In this document: positions 37,541-47,106 of the stretch, piece by piece | Position numbering within the stretch: position 1 is the stretch's first letter | How the letters are laid out: each line of letters starts with the position of its first letter | NCBI GenBank assembly: GCA_040766265.1 | Contig: JAXGQW010000014.1 | Coordinates: 2,494-66,493, forward strand | Direction: 5' to 3' | Length of the DNA stretch: 64,000 bases | Source of the DNA: Verrucomicrobiota bacterium | GTDB taxonomy: Bacteria > Verrucomicrobiota > Verrucomicrobiia > Limisphaerales > J093 | The notes under the pieces: generated by a model | What the model saw: the letters and a program-made list of their open reading frames with translations, nothing else | Databases searched by the model: none | Told to the model about the DNA's origin: nothing | Translations under genes and position numbers: made by a program

Positions 37541-38471
37541 CCGCGTTGTCCGTGCAGAAGGCCGTCGGCGCCAGGCGCAAGTCGAGGCCGTCGCGGGCGC
37601 ACGCGAACGCCAGATCGCGGCGCAAAGCGCGATTGCAGGTGACGCCGCCCGAGGCGGTGACGACACGAACGCCGAGGTCGCGGGCGGCGCGGGTGGTCTT
37701 GGCCAGGAGCACCTCGACGATCGCCGCCTGCACGCTCGCGCAGAGGTCGCGCAGGGCTTGTGGGTCGTCCGCCAAACCCGGGTGGTCTCGCAGGAAATAG
37801 CGCACGGAGGTCTTGAGGCCGCTGAAACTGAAATCGTATGCCGCATCGTTCAGCAGCGGACGCGGGAAAGGAAACGCAGCCGGGTTGCCTTCAGCGGCGA
37901 GCCGGTCCATGACCGGTCCGCCCGGGTAGGGCAGGCCGAGCAGTTTCGCGGTCTTGTCGAAGCATTCCCCCGCGGCGTCGTCGAGGGTCGAGCCCAGGAC
38001 GCGATGGCGCAAGCCTTCGGGGACATGGATGAGGAGCGTGTGGCCGCCGCTTACGATCAACGCCACATGCGGTTGGATGGCGGGGAAGTCGGCGTGCGGC
38101 GGGTCCCCTTTGACCCATGCGGAATAGAGATGGGCTTCGTGGTGGTGAATGCCCAGGAAAGGCCGCCGCAGCGCGCACGCGATCCCCTGGGCGGCTTTCA
38201 ATCCTACCATGAGCGCGTTGGGCAAACCGGGACCCTGCGTCGCCGCGAGGGCTTCGAGCGCAGGCGGGTCGGTCCCCGCCTCGCGCAGGGCGGCCTGGAT
38301 CAGCACGGGGAGGTTGCGCAAGTGCTCACGAGTCGCCAACTCGGGGACGACACCGCCGTACTCCGCGTGCAGGCTGGTCTGGGAGGAAACCAGGTTCGCC
38401 AGAACGTGGCCGTTGCGCACCACGGCGACCCCGGTTTCATCGCAGGAGGTCTCGATGGCAAGCAGGGTCAC
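37425..38471 (-). CDS. tsaD: tRNA N6-adenosine threonylcarbamoyltransferase
   Basis: 348 aa. Motifs: LAIETSCDETGVAVV, HHHEAHLYS, LIVSGGHT. Confidence 0.95.
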   Translation of the reverse strand: MTLLAIETSCDETGVAVVRNGHVLANLVSSQTSLHAEYGGVVPELATREHLRNLPVLIQAALREAGTDPPALEALAATQGPGLPNALMVGLKAAQGIACALRRPFLGIHHHEAHLYSAWVKGDPPHADFPAIQPHVALIVSGGHTLLIHVPEGLRHRVLGSTLDDAAGECFDKTAKLLGLPYPGGPVMDRLAAEGNPAAFPFPRPLLNDAAYDFSFSGLKTSVRYFLRDHPGLADDPQALRDLCASVQAAIVEVLLAKTTRAARDLGVRVVTASGGVTCNRALRRDLAFACARDGLDLRLAPTAFCTDNAAMVGLLAEWKLASGVPPEDPDGDVRPAWSLEPPAARGG

Positions 38472-38474
38472 CGG

Positions 38475-39806
38475 TCAGTCCGCCTTGGCGGCCATGGGCT
38501 TGGTGTGGGTCTTCCGGTCGGTGTCGATGGCTCGATGGGTGTAGAGGGTGATTCCCTTGAGGAGATCCAGGGCCCGTTCGAGCTGGAGATCGCGCACGGC
38601 GCCGAACCGTTCCTGACGTTCCGCGTCGAGCGATTCGATCAGGCCGGGAGTGCGCTGGAGGAAGAGCGCCTCGGCATCCTCGATCGGCACCGGCACCACG
38701 ATGTCGGGATCGATCCCCTTTTCGTGAATCACCTTGTGGCTGGGCGTGTAGTACTTGGCCGTCGTCAGCCGCAACGCGGCTCCGTCCTGGAGCGGAATGA
38801 TGCTCTGGACGGAGCCTTTGCCGAATGTCTTTTCGCCCACGACAACCGCGCGCTTGAGGTCCTGGAGGCATCCGGCGACAATCTCCGATGCGCTCGCGCT
38901 GCCGCCATTGACCAACACGACCATCGGGACGGTGGTCCGCTCTCCCCTGCGGCCGGCGCGGTATTCGCGCCGTTCGGAGGGATCGCGCCCCTCGGTGGTA
39001 ACGACCAACTGGCGCGGTTGAACGAACCGTTCGCACACGCGCGCGGCCTGGTCGAGAAGGCCGCCGGGGTTGTCCCTCAGATCCAGGACCAGACCGCGCA
39101 TTTCCTGGTCATGCAGTCTTTTGAGAGCGCGGTCCAGTTCCTCCTCCGTCCCTTCTCCGAATTGCGTCAATCGCACGTAGCCGAGCTTGTCGTCGTCGAG
39201 AGAAAACTCCCGCCTCCCGTGAATGTCCTTGACCGTCTCGACCGCGATGTCCGCGCGGACGAGCTTGTGGTCCTTCGTGGCGCCCGTGGACGGGCGGAGC
39301 ACGGTCAGGACCACCTCGGTGCCGGGCGCGCCGCGCATCCTGTTGACGGCCTCGGTGAGGCTGATCTTCTCCGTGCTTCGGCCGTCGATTTTGAGGATTC
39401 GGTCGCCGGACATAATCCCGGCCCGCGAGGCCGGGGTGTCGTCCATCGGGGCGATGACGGTCAGGTACTCGCCCCGCAGCCCGACCTGGATTCCGACGCC
39501 GCCGAATTTGCCTTCGGTGTCCTTCTTGAGGTCGTCGTACTTCTGGGGCTCCATGAACTCGCTGTGGGGGTCAAGTGTGCTGAGCATCCCTTTGAGCGCG
39601 CCATAGATCAGGTCCTGATACGTCAGGTTTTCGCCGTCCACGTAATCGTTGCGAACTCTCTCGAGGACGAGCGAGAACAGGCGCAGGTTCCCGTAGACGT
39701 CGTTCTTCTCGGCAACCTCGGCCGAACGCAGATAGACCTGGGCGCCGAAGAACAGGTTGACCGCCAGAGCCGTCAACAACACCGAATACATCAGTCTCTT
39801 TCTCAT
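38475..39806 (-). CDS. S41-family carboxy-terminal processing protease
   Basis: 443 aa with an N-terminal anchor. PDZ segment (GGVGIQVGLRGEYLTVIAPMDDTPASRAGIMSGDRILKIDG). Catalytic region (VLVNGGSASASEI..GEKTFGKGSVQ). Confidence 0.9.
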   Translation of the reverse strand: MRKRLMYSVLLTALAVNLFFGAQVYLRSAEVAEKNDVYGNLRLFSLVLERVRNDYVDGENLTYQDLIYGALKGMLSTLDPHSEFMEPQKYDDLKKDTEGKFGGVGIQVGLRGEYLTVIAPMDDTPASRAGIMSGDRILKIDGRSTEKISLTEAVNRMRGAPGTEVVLTVLRPSTGATKDHKLVRADIAVETVKDIHGRREFSLDDDKLGYVRLTQFGEGTEEELDRALKRLHDQEMRGLVLDLRDNPGGLLDQAARVCERFVQPRQLVVTTEGRDPSERREYRAGRRGERTTVPMVVLVNGGSASASEIVAGCLQDLKRAVVVGEKTFGKGSVQSIIPLQDGAALRLTTAKYYTPSHKVIHEKGIDPDIVVPVPIEDAEALFLQRTPGLIESLDAERQERFGAVRDLQLERALDLLKGITLYTHRAIDTDRKTHTKPMAAKAD

Positions 39807-39953
39807 AGTCCTTTCAAAGAGAAGCCATGCGCCGGAAAGTAACGGTCTTGTGGGCCGTTAGCAAGCGTGGGGGATCAGCGAGGGAGATCGCGTCGAGTCG
39901 CGGCCCCAGGTTGGATCGCCGCGATTTCCCGCGAAAGGCGTGAGCCGCCCCGA

Positions 39954-40658
39954 TCAGCCGGCTGTCCGGGGTGCGCCGTTCATCCGGCTCAGGCGCCATT
40001 CCAACAGCGCGAGGTCGTCGGGCACCGTGATCTTGGGGTTCGGGGACTGGCTCTCGACCAATTGAACCGGCTGCCCGATCAGATCGCAGGCCGCTGTGTC
40101 GTCGGTCACACGCGCCCCCCGCTCACGCACAGCCGCCAGGGCGCGTCGGATCACATCGGTTCGGAATGCCTGCGGCGTCTGCACAGCCCAGAACCTCGAC
40201 CGTTCCGGATGGCGGGCAATCACCACGCCGTCGTCGGATTCCTTGATCGTGTCGGTCACCCGGTGCGCCGCGACGGCCGCGCCCGTGGCCTGCGCCGCGT
40301 CGATGGTCGCGCGGATGAGCGCGGCGGTCGTGCAGGGCCGGGCCCCGTCCTGGATGGCCACCACTCGAACTCGATCGGACACGGCCTGAAGGCCGCTCCA
40401 GACGGAATCCTGACGCTCCGCGCCGCCTGTCACGACGCGCCACGGTTTCTGGAAACCGAAGCGAGCCGCCATCTCGCGAAAGGCCGTCTCCAGGCCCGCG
40501 CGCACCACAAGCACGATCTCGTGAATGCAGTCGGCATCCTGGAATCGCTGCCAGGTGTGCGCGATGATCGGGCGCCCCGCCGCCTCGAGAAAGAGTTTGT
40601 CCACCTCCGGCCCCATCCGGGTTCCGCGTCCCGCGGCGACGATGACGGCGGCATTCAT
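39954..40658 (-). CDS. ispD: 2-C-methyl-D-erythritol 4-phosphate cytidylyltransferase
   Basis: 234 aa. Motifs: AVIVAAGRGTRMG..DKLFL, VAIQDGARP, VQTPQAF. Confidence 0.9.
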   Translation of the reverse strand: MNAAVIVAAGRGTRMGPEVDKLFLEAAGRPIIAHTWQRFQDADCIHEIVLVVRAGLETAFREMAARFGFQKPWRVVTGGAERQDSVWSGLQAVSDRVRVVAIQDGARPCTTAALIRATIDAAQATGAAVAAHRVTDTIKESDDGVVIARHPERSRFWAVQTPQAFRTDVIRRALAAVRERGARVTDDTAACDLIGQPVQLVESQSPNPKITVPDDLALLEWRLSRMNGAPRTAG

Positions 40659-40683
40659 TAGGGCATGAAGGAGGAATCGGCCA

Positions 40684-41562
40684 TCACTCGAAGGTCATGA
40701 CGGGGAGCCCGGTGCGGGCGCGGATCACCGCGGCGATGGAGTCGAGATCCGCGCGATCGAGGCGTTCGACCCACGGTTCCGGTGTGGGGCGGGCGATGGT
40801 GTAGGCCTGCACCTCGCGGATGGATCCGCCCGCCGCGAGGATGTCGCGGAGCCGCCCGCAATAGGCTTCGAGTTCAGGGGCGGGCATCGGTTCGCCGCGC
40901 ACCTTCATGAAGAGGCTCTGGATCACGATTGGGCGCGCCTGCGCTGTGACGGTCAGGTTGCGCAGGATGCGGTCGAAGGCAACGTGACTTCGGTTGACCG
41001 ACCGGTAGTAGGCATCGGTGCCGGCATCGAGTTTGCCCCAGATCTCCCCCTGGTGGGCGTCCAGCAGCGCCAAGCCGCGCTTGACGTCGCTCTTGTCCAG
41101 GCCGGTCGCGTTCGTAATCAGCACGATCTTGGTGTCGGCCAACGCCTGGGCCCGCTTCACCTCGATCACCGCCTGCACGCAGTCGGCAAAATTCGGGACC
41201 ATGGTTGGTTCGCCGTCCCCGCTGAAGGCAATGTCCCGGATGCGGCGGGTGAGGGCCGCGACCTCGGCGAACTTGGGTGTCAGGCCCAACTGTCCGGTGA
41301 GGGCTGACTGAACCAACGCGCTCAGCTCGGCGCGCAGTCGGATGAGATCGACGTCTTTGGCTCGCCCGGGTGTTTGGCGATCGACCTCACAGTAGGCGCA
41401 GTCGAAGTTGCAGCGTTTGTCCGGGTTGAGATTGACCCCCAGCGAGAGGCCGCCCGAGCGCCGTGAGATGACGGGGTAAACGAAGACGAAACGGTCGAAC
41501 ACCCGCGCGTGGTCTCGCACAACAGGCATTGCACTGGTTATGGCATCGGTCTGATCTGACAC
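40684..41562 (-). CDS. Radical SAM protein of unassigned subfamily
   Basis: 292-aa ORF. Motifs: CNFDCAYCE (CxxxCxxC) and IAFSGDGEPT. The start is uncertain; ATG 41529 is an alternative. Confidence 0.7.
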   Translation of the reverse strand: MSDQTDAITSAMPVVRDHARVFDRFVFVYPVISRRSGGLSLGVNLNPDKRCNFDCAYCEVDRQTPGRAKDVDLIRLRAELSALVQSALTGQLGLTPKFAEVAALTRRIRDIAFSGDGEPTMVPNFADCVQAVIEVKRAQALADTKIVLITNATGLDKSDVKRGLALLDAHQGEIWGKLDAGTDAYYRSVNRSHVAFDRILRNLTVTAQARPIVIQSLFMKVRGEPMPAPELEAYCGRLRDILAAGGSIREVQAYTIARPTPEPWVERLDRADLDSIAAVIRARTGLPVMTFE

Positions 41563-41677
41563 GCCCCAACTCTAGGCGCGCGCCCGCCGCAGGGCAAGGC
41601 GCAGTGCCCGTCGCGGCAGGCAAGGCCGGGCCCGGCGCTGTGAACGCGGCCATTCGGCGGAATCAGGGATTGGCCGT

Positions 41678-42292
41678 TCAGGGTGTGCCGGACGCCCCGT
41701 CTCGAGCGGTGCGCTTGCGCTTCGAGCGCCACTGGAGCGCTTCGAACACGGTGAAAACCGCGCTGGCCTGCTCCGCCAACTCGCCGAACTCCCGCATGTC
41801 ATCGTCAAAACCGTGCGGAAGATGGTCGGGGATGGCGTCGCCCTCGCGCACGAAATAGGCAAGGGCGCGGAGCAGACGCGGTTCAACGAGAGTCCAGTCC
41901 GGGCCCGGGTCAAAGCGCCCCTGATCGACGGCTTCGAGCAGGTCGACGCTGAGCCGCACCAGACGGGCCAGTTCGCGGTGATCGGGGCAGTTCGGGTGCA
42001 ACCGATCGAGTTTCGCTTCGATCTCGGGCCGGAGCCATCCGTTCTCGTGGGTGGGGCGCAACAGCTCGATCTCGCGTGTCGACACCGACCGCACCTCGAA
42101 ATAGGCGATCACCTCCATCAGGAATCGTCCGAGTGAACTCTCGCCTCGCGTCGAGGGTCCCCCCGGCGCGGGTGCCTGGATCTCGTCGGGCCGAGGAATG
42201 GATGGCGGCTTGCTGGCCGGAGGCCGGCGTTTCGACGGGCGCAACGCGTGTTTGCGAATCATGGCTATGGCGCACTGAGCGCGGTGTATCAT
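41678..42292 (-). CDS. Hypothetical protein
   Basis: ORF 41678..42355. The start is uncertain (42292 or 42262). Non-repetitive sequence with plausible composition. I recognise no family. Confidence 0.4.
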   Translation of the reverse strand: MIHRAQCAIAMIRKHALRPSKRRPPASKPPSIPRPDEIQAPAPGGPSTRGESSLGRFLMEVIAYFEVRSVSTREIELLRPTHENGWLRPEIEAKLDRLHPNCPDHRELARLVRLSVDLLEAVDQGRFDPGPDWTLVEPRLLRALAYFVREGDAIPDHLPHGFDDDMREFGELAEQASAVFTVFEALQWRSKRKRTARDGASGTP

Positions 42293-42382
42293 GCACAGGA
42301 AGTCAAACACCGCAAGTGATCGCGAGTGATTGCCCGACCGTTCAGGGAACGCCATCCTCTGCCCGACTGGCGATGCGGGGGC

Positions 42383-43487
42383 TCACTTCGCCGGCAGAAG
42401 AACAATCGAGCGCAGGTTCACAACGGCGCCGCGAGGCATTTCCCTTGCCTTGAGGGTGATGTCCACGGGGCCGGTGGCGCGGATCTGAACTCGTCCCACT
42501 TGGGCCGTCACAAAGTCGTCCCATCCCAGGGTGGCCGGAACGGTGGCGGAATGCTCGTCGTCGCCAATTTGCATGCTCACGACACTGCCCTCGGCGCCGG
42601 GGGCACAGGCATAAGTGGCCTCGACGATGTAGTCGCCGGCTCGAGTGATGGTGACCGGCCAGGTGGCGTAGTCTTTGGCATCGATCCAGTAGCCGAGGTT
42701 CGGCTCACCGCTCCCTTTGGTCTCGGTCTTGAGCAAGTGGCCGATGATGTCGGCGTCCGCCGCTCGCAGCGTGAGGGCGCCGTTGGTCTCCTGGCGAATC
42801 CGGGACACCACCACCATGGGCGGGCCGTCGATCTCGCAGACGACCACGCCGGCATAGGGGGATGGCGGTGCGCTGGGGACCGAGATGCGTTTGCCCTCCT
42901 CCCGGTCGGTCACTGCCAAGGTCTCACCCGGTTTGGCCAGGAGGTAGGCCTTCCTGACGCGACTGACCAGCGGGACATCAAGTTGGCCGTTCCGGGGCCA
43001 ATCAAACACGTGAAGGAAGAGCTTGCCGGGCTTTTGAGTGCATCGACCCCAGGCGAGTTTCTTGAAGGGGCTGGCGGTGGTGGAATAGATCGCCTCGCCG
43101 TTGACCTTCATCCAGGCGCCGACTTCCCCAAGCCGCTGCAGCGAAGGCTCGGGGATCAGCCCCTCGCTCGTAGGACCGACATTGAGCAGGTAGTTGCCGC
43201 CTTTGCTGGCGCAGTCGATCAGGTTGCGGACGAGCACCTGGGTCGGCTTCCAGTTGTGGTCGTAGCTTTTGAAGCCCCACGTGTCATTCATCGTCATGCA
43301 CGCCCCAGTGAATGAACAGCCCGAAGCGCGCCTCGCGCCACCACTGCATGCGGGCGTCGCGTTGCCGCGGGGTCTCGTCGGCGTAGGGATCCGGAGAATC
43401 GCCCGCCTCAACCGGGACCAAAGGACCAAACACGAGAGCAGCGGCCGCGATCACCGGAGTCAGGAAGGATGAAAGCCATGCAGGCAT
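42383..43487 (-). pseudogene. GH29 alpha-L-fucosidase remnant with an internal deletion of the catalytic core
   Basis: The N-terminal piece (signal peptide, then WWREARFGLFIHWGV) ends at about 43303. It joins out of frame directly to the distal part (TMNDTWGFKSYDHNWK..CASKGGNYLLNVGPTSEGLIP) plus C-terminal beta-sandwich/CBM-like domains (ORF 42383..43429). Confidence 0.75.
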
Positions 43488-43542
43488 GGCGAGGAGTCTC
43501 CTCAGCCATTGGAAGACAACAAGGAAAAACAGATCCATGCAC

Positions 43543-43731
43543 CTAAACCGCATATTTCACACCCCGTCGGTGCACATGGCGGTCAGACTTCTGAGACCGC
43601 TATGCAGGTGAAAAGCAAAACCGCGCCCGGTCCCAGAGTCGAAGTACAACACACTGTTCATATGGAAGAACACCTTCAGGACCGACGGGATCCTCTTGGG
43701 TCCTTTCCGGGCGCGGTTTGCCAACTGGCCC
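43543..43731. repeat. REP/BIME-like array (R1, R2b, and the left stub of R3) at the left border of the island
   Basis: Colinear with 12902-13100: CTAAACCGCATATTTCACACCCCG..., GCAAAACCGCGCCCGG...CCGGGCGCGGTTTGC, then CCAACTGGCCC. Confidence 0.8.
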
Positions 43732-43913
43732 AATTGAACGAAGCCGCTCCGCGAAAGCGGCGAGGAACGCCGCCTCGAACGGCATGTTCATCTGGCGTGC
43801 GGCCCTCGGTAAGTCGTTCGGCATTGTGTCCTGCCTTCCCGCGGCGTAGTTCCGGACGCCCGGCCGCCTCCAAGGCGAACCGAAGCGTAAACCAGGCATC
43901 AACTCACGTTCGT

Positions 43914-44788
43914 ATGCATAAAAAACTCGAGCCGTTCACGCCAGCCTAATCCGCTTCACCGACGACCTGCGTTTGCTCCCGCTGCTGCCCCGCACCCAAC
44001 AGGCCTACCTGGCCTGCGTCCGGCAATTGGGCGAGCACTTCCACAAAGCCCCCGAGGAGGTCCGCCCGAGGAACTCCGTCAGTACTTCGTCCACCTCAAA
44101 ACCGAACGTCACTTCTCCCGCTCCAGCTCCGCAGGCCCTCTGCGCCATCAAGATGTTCTGGGAGAAATCCCTCCGCCGCCCCTGGCCCGCCGAGTCCAGC
44201 TGGTCCGCGCCACCCCAGGTTCAAGCTCCCTGTCATCCTCTCCGCCACCGAGGTGCCGCCAGATCCTCGCTTCCATCCCCGCCCTCGATCATCGCGTCGC
44301 GCTGACCACCATTTCACCTCCCTGCAGCCTGCGCCTGGGCGGCGCTCAGCCTGGAAGTCGGCGACATCGATGCCGGGCGCATGTTCCTCCATCCGCGCCG
44401 GCAAGGGCAACCGCGACCGCTACTCCCCCTTGCCCCAACGCACCTTGCTCCTGCGCCGTGAGGGCTGGAAGGCTCATCATCCGCGCCTCCTCTTCCCTGC
44501 CAAGGGCCACAACGGCCAAGGCGCTGCCACCGCCGCCGAACCCATGTGTCGCACCACCCTGCAAGCGCGCCTTCGTCTCGCGCTCAAGGCCAGCGGCGTC
44601 AGCCGCTCATATCCATTCGTTGCGTCACAGCTACGCAACTCACCTGCTTGAGCAAGGCGAGAACCTCCGCCAACTCCAAGTCAACCTCGGTCACAAGAGT
44701 CCCACCGCCACCCGTCATCTACACCCATCTGACCACCCTCTGTCGCACCCAGCATCAGAAACGCCTCGACGCCCTCATGGCCGATCTC
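43914..44788 (+). pseudogene. Tyrosine recombinase (phage-integrase family), frameshifted, copy 1
   Basis: Pieces in three frames: TQQAYLACVRQLGEHFHKAPEEV; GNRDRY.PLPQRTLLL; SLRHSYATHLLEQGENLRQLQVNLGHKSPTAT..YTHLT (the R..H..Y catalytic region). Confidence 0.7.
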
Positions 44789-44799
44789 TGGGCCGGCTC

Positions 44800-45983
44800 A
44801 TGTCGGGATCGGCCCTGCCGGGGCCGGCGGTGACTCGATCCGTTTCCACCAGCTGCTCCAACGCTGGGGGCCGGCTTATCTGAAACAGTTCGGCACCGCC
44901 GTGCCTGGCGAAGCCGCCAGGTGCTCAAAGCTCCTGGCCTGCCGCACCCCGCACTGGGCAACGAACTCTTCGCCTGCACCCAGCGTGCGGCCACGTTCTC
45001 CGATACACTATCCTCCTGCAACGATCGGCACTGCCCTCAGTGCGGCCAGACCGACGCCGGCCAGTGGCTGGCCAACCACGCAACCCTGCTGCTCGGTCCC
45101 TTACTTCCTGGTCACTTTCACCGTCCCGCAGCCACTGCATCGCCTCTGGATGCGCTCGCACCCCGGCCAGGATTTGGATCTGCTCTTCGCCACCTCGGCT
45201 CCATGCTCCAGGATCTGGTCCGCAACCCCCAGCCGCTCCAGGGCTTCCCTGGGCATGCTCGGCCTCCTCCACACCTGGAGCCGCACCCTCATCTACCACC
45301 CTCACGTTCACTACCTGGTTCCCGCCGGTGGCCAGGCCTCGATCAACGCCGGTGGGTTCCCAGTCGTCCCAAGTTCCTCGTCCATGTCCATCCGCTGGCC
45401 GATCACTACGCACCCTCTTTCGTCAGGCCCCTCAACGCGATGCGCCCGACCTGCTCAAGACCTTGCCCGCTCGCGTCTGGAAGCAGCGTTGGGTGGTCCC
45501 ATTGCCAGCCCGCCGGTTCCGGTGAGGCCGCCTTGCGTTATCTCAGCCGCTACGTCTTCAAAGACCGCCACGGGCGACCGCGACTTGCCCCTGCTCCCCC
45601 GATGGCCGGGTGCGCTGGCGCTATCGCGACAGCACCTCGGGGCGTGAAGAGCACCTGGACCTGGAACCCTTCGAGTTGATCCGCCGTTTCCTCCAGCACG
45701 TCTTGCCTTCCGGCTTCCCGCCGCGTCCGTCGCTTCGGCTGGCTTCACCCCGCCGCCCGCGCCAAGCTCAATCGGGTGCGCGCCTTGCTCCGCCAGGCCC
45801 CGGCGCTCACCCACGCCGAGCGTGCCGCCGCAGCGGCCTGCCCCAGCCCGACTTCCGAACCGTCGAACCGCTCCCGACCTCCCAATCCAAGCCGCTGCCC
45901 GCAGTGCCGCCAACCCATGACCCACCGGCTCCTGGCGAGCGGGGCAACCCCAGTTACGTCCCCCAGTCCGCGGCCCACCATGA
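44800..45983 (+). pseudogene. IS91-family-type Y2 HUH transposase, frameshifted, copy 1
   Basis: Recognisable blocks: CNDRHCPQCGQTDA (zinc module), LLHTWSRTLIYHPHVHYLVPAGG (HUH), and EAALRYLSRYVFK, which is readable only in another frame. Confidence 0.7.
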
Positions 45984-46389
45984 GCGCGCCCCTCCCGCCA
46001 GCATTCCTGGCAGCGGCTTCGAGGCTCACCCTCCACCGGTGGCGTGTCGGCAGTCCCCGCCCAAAACCTCTACCTCACCTTCCGCCCAGCGCGCGGGCAA
46101 GCGACCAGACCAAACCAGAGACCCTTGATGGGGACTTCCAAGGACAGCAACGCGGGCCACGCCCCCACGCCACGGCTGATCCGGGCGCACCGGCTGCACT
46201 GGGCGCAGACACTTTCCTCAAACAGATCCTCGCCGACTCCGGTTCCAGGTTGGCCGCGGCTTCGTTCAACCGGGGAATGTAAAGAACGGAGGAGGCGCTT
46301 TGACCCAGACCAAATCACGCCCTTGCCCCGCCTCCTCCGTTCTCTACATTCCTTTGGTCAGTTAGCTCCTGGCTTGAGGACGAGTGGCA

Positions 46390-46584
46390 TCATCTCAGTG
46401 CGAAGGGAGCGAAAACGCAGAGGATCAACCCGGTCACGATGATGAAGAAGCAGAGCTGACGGAACCTTGGGTAGCTCATCCCGCTCAGCTTCTCCGGCCG
46501 CGCTCGGATGTACAGCATCGCGGTCGCCCCCCAACCGACGCAGAACACCCCAATGATGACGCCGAGCAGTGCGTTCGCAGTCAT
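46390..46584 (-). CDS. Small two-helix membrane protein (64 aa), cargo ORF 4
   Basis: ATG at 46584. Two hydrophobic helices (ALLGVIIGVFCVGWGATAMLYI; LCFFIIVTGLILCVFAPFAL). Starts 6 nt after palindrome X2. Confidence 0.5.
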   Translation of the reverse strand: MTANALLGVIIGVFCVGWGATAMLYIRARPEKLSGMSYPRFRQLCFFIIVTGLILCVFAPFALR

Positions 46585-46590
46585 ATCGTG

Positions 46591-46697
46591 AGCTAACGAC
46601 CAGGTGAGGCACGGCGACCGCAGACACCACGGCAGTCACCAGGCCCGGTTCTCCAAGCGAGTGCTCGGGTCGCGGTTGCCTCGACCGTCTGGTTCGG
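46591..46697. repeat. Imperfect palindrome X2
   Basis: Plus strand: AGCTAACGACCAGGTGAGGCACGGCGACC...GGGTCGCGGTTGCCTCGACCGTCTGGTTCGG. It is the sister of X1 (48658-48765). Confidence 0.8.
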
Positions 46698-47010
46698 TGC
46701 CCCCAGCCCCAAAGGGGCGCAAGACGATAGCCCAGGGCAAGCCCCGAGTCGGCGAGGGGTGCCGCCCTGGGTAGAACGCCCGTTGAAATCAGCCAAAGCC
46801 CCAACGGGGCGGAACAATCGGGGGGAGCGTCGGCGCGCTGTGCGTCCCCGAGAGCTGGTCTCGCCCCTACAGGGCTCCGGGGTCTCTTGGGGTGGCTGAC
46901 CCAGGGCGACGCTCGCCTGGGGGCTCGCTTGCCCTGGGCTGGCGTGTCGTGGCCCTTCAGGCCACCCCGGGGTCCGCACCGGTGGATGGCGAGGGATGTA
47001 ACGCACCGAA
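46698..47010. repeat. Non-coding filler made of short G/C hairpins
   Basis: CCCAGGGC...GCCCTGGG hairpins at 46731-46771 and 46900-46938. GCCCC-AAA-GGGGC (46705-46717) and GCCCC-AAC-GGGGC (46798-46810). No credible ORF. Confidence 0.5.
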
Positions 47011-47106
47011 CGCCCCGGCTCAGGCAGGCCGGGCAAATGACGTCTGATTGCCAACCGAGAGGCGATCCCGGCCTTGCCTGCAGCCGGATGGGTAGGTGGC
47101 GAATAT

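Larger units (their letters stand above)
43734..46367 (+). mobile_element. Decayed tyrosine-recombinase + IS91-type (HUH-Y2) unit, copy 1
   Basis: Homologous end to end with 48760-51406. Left tip TTGAACGAAGCCGC plus a leader hairpin; the inverted copy GCGGCTTCGTTCAA ends at 46269. Terminal hairpin at 46264-46367. All coding frames are fragmented (ORF pieces 43973.., 44253.., 44458.., 44901.., 44921.., 45040.., 45610..). Confidence 0.8.

Noticed and set aside
37758-39842. 694-aa plus-strand ORF spanning tsaD and the S41 protease region.
   Set aside because: It is entirely antisense to two strongly supported minus-strand genes and has no recognisable motifs.
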